DNA from: Synergistota bacterium
GTDB taxonomy: Bacteria > Synergistota > GBS-1
Length of the DNA: 64,000 nucleotides
Assembly: GCA_025060595.1 (NCBI GenBank)
Contig: JANXBX010000001.1
Coordinates: forward strand, 185,696-249,695
Direction: 5' to 3'
Below the pieces are notes generated by a model that did no database searches, had not been told where the DNA came from, and was given only the letters and a program-made list of their open reading frames with translations. This document shows positions 58,188 through 64,000 of this stretch, one piece after another (position 1 is the stretch's first letter; the number at the start of each line of letters is the position of its first letter). The position numbers and the translations under genes were made by a program.

Positions 58188-58216
58188 TTGAATAAAACTA
58201 GAATGTAGGCTATGAT
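58188..58216 (+). promoter_or_regulatory. Sigma70 promoter of gdh
   Basis: TTGAAT-17 nt-TATGAT. Confidence 0.6.
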
Positions 58217-58295
58217 AGAAATGAGATTAAATAGCATGAAGTAAAAAGAACCAAAAAGGAAACTTGCTATTTTTGAGGGGGGGGAGGATACCAAA

Positions 58296-59579
58296 ATGAG
58301 ATTAAGCACGATGGGGAATCTTAAGCCCTTTGGGCCACTTTATGAGAATGCTCAGAAACAGTTCTTAAAGGCAGCTGACCTCATAGACTTAGACCCAAAC
58401 CTTGGAAACTTTCTCTTATGGCCGCAGAGAACCTTGGAAGTTCACTTTCCAGTAGTAATGGATGATGGAAGAGTAGAAATATTTAAGGGGTATAGGGTAC
58501 AACATAACACAGCAAGAGGGCCTGCCAAGGGAGGCATAAGATATCATCCAGACACCCACCTTGATGAGGTTGCAGCCTTAGCATTTTGGATGACCTGGAA
58601 ATGCGCAGTTATGAACCTTCCTTTTGGCGGGGGTAAGGGCGGAGTTAGAGTTGATCCATCGAAGCTATCAGAAAAGGAGCTCGAGAGACTAAGCAGAAGA
58701 TACTTCTCAGAAATTCAAGTCATAATAGGGCCTCACAAGGATATACCGGCACCTGACATAAATACAAACCCAAAGATAATGGCCTGGTACATGGACACCT
58801 ATAGCATGAATGTAGGTTATACAAGCCTTGGCGTGGTTACAGGAAAGCCTCTTGACCTTGGCGGATCCGAAGGCAGACCGGAAGCAACAGGTAGAGGGGT
58901 TTCAATACTAGCAAACGAAGCCTGTAAGATCTTAGGAAAGGATATTTCGAAGGCAAGAGTTGCAATTCAAGGATTTGGAAACGTTGGCTCTTACTCAGCG
59001 AAGATATTAAGTGAGGAATATGGAGCAAAGATAGTAGCAGTAAGCGATATAAGCGGTGGCATATACGATGAAAGGGGATTAAACATTAGCGACCTAATAC
59101 ACTATAGGGACATGAATAAAGGTATAATTAAAGGCTATCCTAAAGGAGAAGCGATATCAAACAAGGAACTTTTGGAGCTTGATGTAGACATCTTAGTTCC
59201 AGCAGCTCTTGAAAATGCGATTACAGAAAAAAACGCAAATGATGTTAAGGCAAAGATTATAATCGAGGGGGCAAACGGTCCTATTACTCCAGAAGCAGAA
59301 GAGATTCTTTTAAAGAAAGGCATTTTTATTGTACCTGACATTGTGGCAAACGCAGGAGGAGTCGTAGTATCTTACTTTGAGTGGGTCCAAGATCTCCAAA
59401 CCTTCTTCTGGGATATTGATGAAATAAGAAAGAGGTTAATGAAAATGATGATTCATGCCTTCATAGAGGTCGGTAAAACCAAAGAAAAGTATAATACCGA
59501 TATGAGAACAGCCGCATATATAGTTGCAATTAACAGGGTCGCAAGCGCTCTAAAACAAAGAGGCTACTATCCAATGTAA
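58296..59579 (+). CDS. gdhA: Glutamate dehydrogenase
   Basis: GYRVQHN..GPAKGGIRY, MTWKCA, GGGKGG, DIPAPD, VTGKP, QGFGNVG, EGANGP, VVSYFEW. Confidence 0.95.
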   Translation: MRLSTMGNLKPFGPLYENAQKQFLKAADLIDLDPNLGNFLLWPQRTLEVHFPVVMDDGRVEIFKGYRVQHNTARGPAKGGIRYHPDTHLDEVAALAFWMTWKCAVMNLPFGGGKGGVRVDPSKLSEKELERLSRRYFSEIQVIIGPHKDIPAPDINTNPKIMAWYMDTYSMNVGYTSLGVVTGKPLDLGGSEGRPEATGRGVSILANEACKILGKDISKARVAIQGFGNVGSYSAKILSEEYGAKIVAVSDISGGIYDERGLNISDLIHYRDMNKGIIKGYPKGEAISNKELLELDVDILVPAALENAITEKNANDVKAKIIIEGANGPITPEAEEILLKKGIFIVPDIVANAGGVVVSYFEWVQDLQTFFWDIDEIRKRLMKMMIHAFIEVGKTKEKYNTDMRTAAYIVAINRVASALKQRGYYPM

Positions 59580-59589
59580 TTAGAGAGAC

Positions 59590-59627
59590 AAGGCCCGTGA
59601 GGTTTTAACCTCACGGGCCTTCATTTT
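59590..59627. terminator. Terminator hairpin between convergent gdh and dctM
   Basis: Perfect AAGGCCCGTGAGG / CCTCACGGGCCTT followed by CATTTT. Confidence 0.85.
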
Positions 59628-60931
59628 TATCTAATACCGAGAACCAATTTAGGAAGCCACATGGAAAGCCAAGGGATATAGGTAGTAAGAGCTATAACGG
59701 GAAGATTTCCAAATATCATAAATATAAGAGCAGGCTTTATATATTGATCAAAGGAAACCCTACCCACTCGCCCTCCGAGATAAAGAATGGGAGCTGTAGG
59801 AGGGGTCACATTTCCAAGACCAAGATTTGTTCCTAAAATAGCGGCAAAATGCACCGGGTGAACCCCTATACGAACAGCCAGAGGTAAAAGAAGAGGAGCT
59901 ACAAGCAGGGTCCCGCTTAAATCATCCATAAGCATACCTATTATTATCAAGAAAACATTTATCATAAATAGAATCACATATTTGTTATCAGAGATAGAAA
60001 TAAGGAAATCAGCGATCTTCATAGGGACTTTCTCCATGGTATATATCCTGCCCAATATGGTTACGAAAAAGAGCATTAGAACAACAACACTGCTTGTAGT
60101 AGCGGCAGTATAGAGAGACTTAAAGAAGGTCTTAAAAGTAAGCTCTTTGTGAACAAAAAAACCAACTATTATCGCATAGGTAACCGCAACAGCAGCAGCT
60201 TCAGTAGGAGTTGTAACACCACCATATATTCCACCAAGAATTATCACGGGCATAAGAAGGCTCCAGATGCTCTGTCTTGTAGCTCGAGCCACTATTTTGA
60301 ATTTCTCGAAACCAGGAGCAGGTGGCTCAACCTTAACGAACGGGAAGTTCTTCTTAACCATTATGTAGTTAATTATAGAATATAAGGTCGCAGTTAAGAT
60401 GCCTGGAATAACTGTAGAAAGAAAGCAGGCGGTTATCGAAGTCTGCGTAACCCAACCATATAGAATCATAGGAACACTTGGGGGTATAAGCTGTCCTAAA
60501 ATTGCAGCACAACTGACCATTGCAGTAGTATAATACCTTGGATATCCTCTTTCTTCCAGCTTTGGAATCATTATGGTTCCTATAGCAGCCACAGCAGAGG
60601 AAGCGGTTCCAGAAATGGCACCAAATATAGCACAAGCCCAAATTGTAGCAGCACCTAATCCGCCTCTCATCCTTCCAAGAAGCGCCTCAGCAAATATAAC
60701 AAGCCTCTCAGCTATACCACTTGAGCCCATAAGCATTCCCGCCATAATAAAGAACGGTATTGACAACAGGGTTATAGAATTAAGAGCCTTAAATCCAACA
60801 CTAGCCAAAAAAGAAATATCAGGGAAAGCTATCAAAGCCATGTACAGAGCCGCCGCCATAAAAGCAAATGGGACTGGAACCCCTATAGACAAGCCAACTA
60901 TAAGTATAAGAATATCAATTACTATATGCAT
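59627..60931 (-). CDS. dctM: TRAP transporter large permease
   Basis: LSIPFFIMAG, FGAISG, LIPPSVP, TPTEAAAVA, VTPP. Confidence 0.95.
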   Translation of the reverse strand: MHIVIDILILIVGLSIGVPVPFAFMAAALYMALIAFPDISFLASVGFKALNSITLLSIPFFIMAGMLMGSSGIAERLVIFAEALLGRMRGGLGAATIWACAIFGAISGTASSAVAAIGTIMIPKLEERGYPRYYTTAMVSCAAILGQLIPPSVPMILYGWVTQTSITACFLSTVIPGILTATLYSIINYIMVKKNFPFVKVEPPAPGFEKFKIVARATRQSIWSLLMPVIILGGIYGGVTTPTEAAAVAVTYAIIVGFFVHKELTFKTFFKSLYTAATTSSVVVLMLFFVTILGRIYTMEKVPMKIADFLISISDNKYVILFMINVFLIIIGMLMDDLSGTLLVAPLLLPLAVRIGVHPVHFAAILGTNLGLGNVTPPTAPILYLGGRVGRVSFDQYIKPALIFMIFGNLPVIALTTYIPWLSMWLPKLVLGIR

Positions 60932-60951
60932 AAAATTACCTCCTCCCCAGT

Positions 60952-61491
60952 CTAACTTTTTTCAATTTCTGGTGACAGCTCTTCTTCCTTCTTAAACCTT
61001 ATCTCCCTCTTGCCCAAAAGCTGCAAGGTATAGTCCACAATCTCTACAAATGTGTAAAAAACCATGAGAATCGCAGATATAAGCATAGCAACTTGAGCAT
61101 ATACGAGAGGAATCCTAAGAGAAGGAGTATATTCAGGGACTTTCAAAGCCCATTTTATATAATTCCAAGACCATTGGAGAAAGATGATAGTCATAATAAA
61201 AGTAAATATAGTTATCACAAATTTAATCTTCAAGAAATTCCTTGGGGTTTTTACGATAACATTTAAAACATCTGCCATAATATGGCTTCTTTCTCTAGAA
61301 GCATGTGCAGAACCTATAAAGTAAAGCCAACAACCAACCAAGGTGGCGAGCTCCTCAATCCCCATTAGAGGGCGAGCAAAAACATACCTTAGAATTACCT
61401 CCGCCATTACTAAAAAGGTAACTACTAACGAAACTATAACTAAAATCGTCTGTTCTGCCTTCTCAAGAAACTTCCAAATAAAAAGACCCAT
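60952..61491 (-). CDS. dctQ: TRAP transporter small permease
   Basis: EVILRYVF..GIEELA, HIMAD, TPSLRIP; 4 TM segments. Confidence 0.9.
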   Translation of the reverse strand: MGLFIWKFLEKAEQTILVIVSLVVTFLVMAEVILRYVFARPLMGIEELATLVGCWLYFIGSAHASRERSHIMADVLNVIVKTPRNFLKIKFVITIFTFIMTIIFLQWSWNYIKWALKVPEYTPSLRIPLVYAQVAMLISAILMVFYTFVEIVDYTLQLLGKREIRFKKEEELSPEIEKS

Positions 61492-61596
61492 CCCTCCTAC
61501 CTCCCATCATTTTGTGTCATCTTTAAAATAAAGATACACATAAGTCTAGTTGACATTATACCAAAACCTTCCTAAAGGTAACAAGGATCAGATCCT

Positions 61597-62880
61597 TTAA
61601 GCTGGAAATGTTAATGTAAATCTACTTCCTTTGCCAAACTCGCTTTCAACCTCTACTCTTCCACCATGAAGAGATACTACTTCCTTAACTATACTTAATC
61701 CTAGACCCGCCCCACCTAATCTCTTTGATCTAGATCTATCAACTACATAAAACTTTTCAAAAATATAGGGTATGTGCTCTTTAGGTATGCCTATACCGGT
61801 ATCCTCAACAACTACTTTAATAGCTCCTTTAGAGCCTTCGACAATAACTTTTACACTTCCTCCCTCGACATTATACTTTATGGCATTTTCAATCAAATTT
61901 AAAAAGGCGCTTTCAAAGAGAATTCTGTCCCCCTCAATAAAAACTTTTTCTTCAGGCGATTCCAAAATCAAGGAAATCCCTTTTCTTTTTGCTTCTCCCT
62001 CTAAAAGAGATAACACATCCTTAATAAGCTCTATTAAATTCAAGGATTCCTTTCTCACTATTTCCCTTTCTACCTCCTGAAGAGTAAGAAGATCTGAAAC
62101 TATCTTGGTAAGCCTTTCAACGTTCCTCTTCACAATAGATAATAATCTGTTTTCCCCTATTTCCTCCTCCAGAGTCTCAGCTGCTCCCTTTATTGCCGCA
62201 AGGGGAGTTTTTATTTCATGAGCGATACTTGATATAAGGTTTGACTCTCTCTCCCGCAAGCGTACCTCCTCTGTAATCTCCTTAAGACAAATTAAAAGGC
62301 CGCTCTTTAAGAGCGACCCATTGCTAAGAAAAACCCTATCCTTCAAACTAAGCCTAAAGTTTCTAACGCTTCCCTTCTCCTTAATTAAGCTAAAAAGCTC
62401 AAAGAAATTCCCATCCCTAAAAAGCTCCCAATACCATCTACCTTTGAATTCTTTACCACTATCCTTTTCAAGAAGAAAATAAAAAGATCTATTAGCTTCA
62501 ACTATCCTACCAACCTCATCTATCAAAACCACTGGATCATCTAAAAGATCAAAAAGAGCTTTAAGTTTTTCCTCCTTTTTGAGGCCTTCTTTAAACGAAA
62601 GCTCCATATAACGAGCAAGCTCATTAATCTCGCTGAAAACCTTACTTATTTCATCATCGCTATCTACGAATATTCTAACCCTATAGTCTCCAAGCTTAAG
62701 ATAACTAAGAAGATGCCTTAAATGTTTAAGCTTCTTTTCAATCCTATAAAATAAAAAATTAAAAACAAGCAAAGCTATACTTACCACTAAAAGTCTAAGC
62801 TTCAAGGAAGCTAAACTAACCACAAGAATAATGGACAAAAGAAACGTGAGAAAAAGGAAAAACTTATCTCTCCATCTCAA
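61597..62880 (-). CDS. phoR: Sensor histidine kinase, PhoR-like (HAMP-PAS-HisKA-HATPase)
   Basis: AHEIKTPL, NLIENAIKYN, DTGIGIP, FEKFYVVDRSRS, GAGLGLSIV. Confidence 0.8.
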   Translation of the reverse strand: MRWRDKFFLFLTFLLSIILVVSLASLKLRLLVVSIALLVFNFLFYRIEKKLKHLRHLLSYLKLGDYRVRIFVDSDDEISKVFSEINELARYMELSFKEGLKKEEKLKALFDLLDDPVVLIDEVGRIVEANRSFYFLLEKDSGKEFKGRWYWELFRDGNFFELFSLIKEKGSVRNFRLSLKDRVFLSNGSLLKSGLLICLKEITEEVRLRERESNLISSIAHEIKTPLAAIKGAAETLEEEIGENRLLSIVKRNVERLTKIVSDLLTLQEVEREIVRKESLNLIELIKDVLSLLEGEAKRKGISLILESPEEKVFIEGDRILFESAFLNLIENAIKYNVEGGSVKVIVEGSKGAIKVVVEDTGIGIPKEHIPYIFEKFYVVDRSRSKRLGGAGLGLSIVKEVVSLHGGRVEVESEFGKGSRFTLTFPA

Positions 62881-63550
62881 ACTTGTATCCTACTCCTCTA
62901 ACAGACCTAATGGAGCTCCCAAAACCTTTAAGCTTTTTCCTCAAACTGCTTACATGAACATCTATAGTTCTATCAACCACAAATTTCCCTCCCCAGAACT
63001 TCTCAAGAAGCTCATCCCTCGAAAAAACCCTCCCAGGATTCTGAAGAAATATAGAAAGAAGCCTGAACTCAACAGGAGTTAAGTCGAGTTTCTCCTCTTC
63101 TAAATAGGCTTCCATTTTCTCAAAGTCTAAAAGAATTGGACCCGCCTTAAGCAGGCCTCTCCTTTCTGATTTTGCACTTGCTCTTCTTAAAAGAGCTTTA
63201 ACTCTTGCAACTAGCTCTCGAGGACTGAAGGGTTTTGTAAGATAATCATCAGCGCCAAGCTCAAGACCCACTACCTTATCAACTTCCGAATCCTTAACAC
63301 TTAAGATAATTATAGGAATACTAGAAAACCTATAGTTACTTTTAAGATATCTACATATTTCGAAACCATCAACACCAGGAAGAAGAATATCCAAAATAAT
63401 TATATCTGGATAGAACTTATCCAAAGCAGATAGAAAGCTCTCTCCATCACTAAAGGCCTTCACCTCAAAGCCCTCTTTCACCAAATTATAAGATATTAGT
63501 TCTGCTATATCTTCCTCATCATCTACTACAGCAACTACCCTTTTCGTCAT
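62864..63550 (-). CDS. phoB: OmpR/PhoB-family response regulator
   Basis: VDDE, ILDILLP, GADDYLTKPF, DRTIDVHV, SVRGVGY; coupled to a PhoR-like kinase, pstSCA nearby. Confidence 0.8.
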   Translation of the reverse strand: MTKRVVAVVDDEEDIAELISYNLVKEGFEVKAFSDGESFLSALDKFYPDIIILDILLPGVDGFEICRYLKSNYRFSSIPIIILSVKDSEVDKVVGLELGADDYLTKPFSPRELVARVKALLRRASAKSERRGLLKAGPILLDFEKMEAYLEEEKLDLTPVEFRLLSIFLQNPGRVFSRDELLEKFWGGKFVVDRTIDVHVSSLRKKLKGFGSSIRSVRGVGYKFEMER

Positions 63551-63551
63551 C

Positions 63552-64000
63552 TTAATGCTCCTTCACCTTAAACCTTATAGGAGTTCCTACAAAATCAAAA
63601 GCCTCTCTTAACCTATTTTCAAGATAGGCAAGATAACTCTTCTTAACTAGCTCAGTAGAGTTAACCGAAAGTTCAAATAAAGGTGGAGCTTCCCCTTTCT
63701 GAGAGGCGAAATAAATTTTCAATCTTCTACCCCTTTTATCCGAGGGAGGAGGAGAAAAGTATAAAGCTTCCATAACAACCTTATTAAGTTGAGAGGTAGG
63801 TATTCTCGTTCTCCAGTTAGCATAGACCTTATCTATGACTGGGAAAATACTCTCAACATTATATCCTGTCTTAGCAGAGATAAATAAAACAGGAGCATAA
63901 CTTACAAAATAAAATTCCTTCAATAAAAAATCCTTGAAAGCGTTAGCATCATACTTAGGTAAAAGATCTATTTTGTTAACAATGATAATTATACCTTTGC
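63552..64000 (-). CDS. der: Ribosome biogenesis GTPase Der/EngA, C-terminal part (5' end outside window)
   Basis: Frame open to the window edge: IIIVNKIDL, FISAKTG, RIPTSQLN, YLENRLREAFDFVGTPI. Confidence 0.93.
   Translation of the reverse strand, partial: KGIIIIVNKIDLLPKYDANAFKDFLLKEFYFVSYAPVLFISAKTGYNVESIFPVIDKVYANWRTRIPTSQLNKVVMEALYFSPPPSDKRGRRLKIYFASQKGEAPPLFELSVNSTELVKKSYLAYLENRLREAFDFVGTPIRFKVKEH

Noticed and set aside
58105-58295. Riboswitch or sRNA in the longer intergenic gaps (also 31180-31330 and 56208-56369)
   Set aside because: AT-rich, no recognisable aptamer motifs or stable helices; explained by promoter sequence
143-63082. Many short ORFs (60-184 aa) in the track, e.g. 143-358, 12356-12685, 23492-23890, 34911-35465, 44741-45199, 53791-54294, 60573-60995
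   Set aside because: They are antisense or off-frame shadows of well-supported genes, with Ser/Leu/Pro-biased composition, no motifs and no SD
1-64000. CRISPR array, IS elements, rRNA
   Set aside because: No regularly spaced repeats, transposase motifs or long non-coding GC-rich stretches seen by eye; the window is almost fully coding

Overview
AT-rich chromosomal segment, probably from a thermophilic anaerobic bacterium with an outer membrane. Several accessory genes look Thermotoga-like; the lineage itself is not determinable from this window. Contents in order: (1) 1-11 kb, a 12-gene catabolic operon with MoaD, LigK-type aldolase, Ldh2-type dehydrogenase, aldehyde:ferredoxin oxidoreductase (AOR), cupin, TRAP transporter, two Zn-dehydrogenases, an IolN-like ring hydrolase and a TIM-barrel isomerase; (2) ispA-dxs-tlyA-nadK-recN; (3) DUF362-pgsA-plsY-radical SAM and feoAB; (4) a hexuronate cluster (uxaC, IclR, TRAP, kdgK, uxuB, uxuA); (5) split methionine synthase, a BNR-repeat protein, a soluble chemoreceptor and tRNA-Pro(CGG); (6) a five-gene operon of exported LPP20/FlgT/CsgG-like proteins; (7) metG/rsmI/tatD, HU, encapsulin with ferritin-like cargo, M32 peptidase, rhodanese, pstSCA; (8) ortAB-gdh lying inside a split TRAP system, phoBR, partial der. 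No CRISPR array, IS or prophage was seen. The best candidates for undescribed biology are the first operon, whose enzyme set fits a non-aromatic ring-opening route for a cyclitol carboxylate such as quinate (an inference), and the CsgG/FlgT/LPP20 envelope operon. Family assignments come from motif recognition and recalled homologues, not from database searches.
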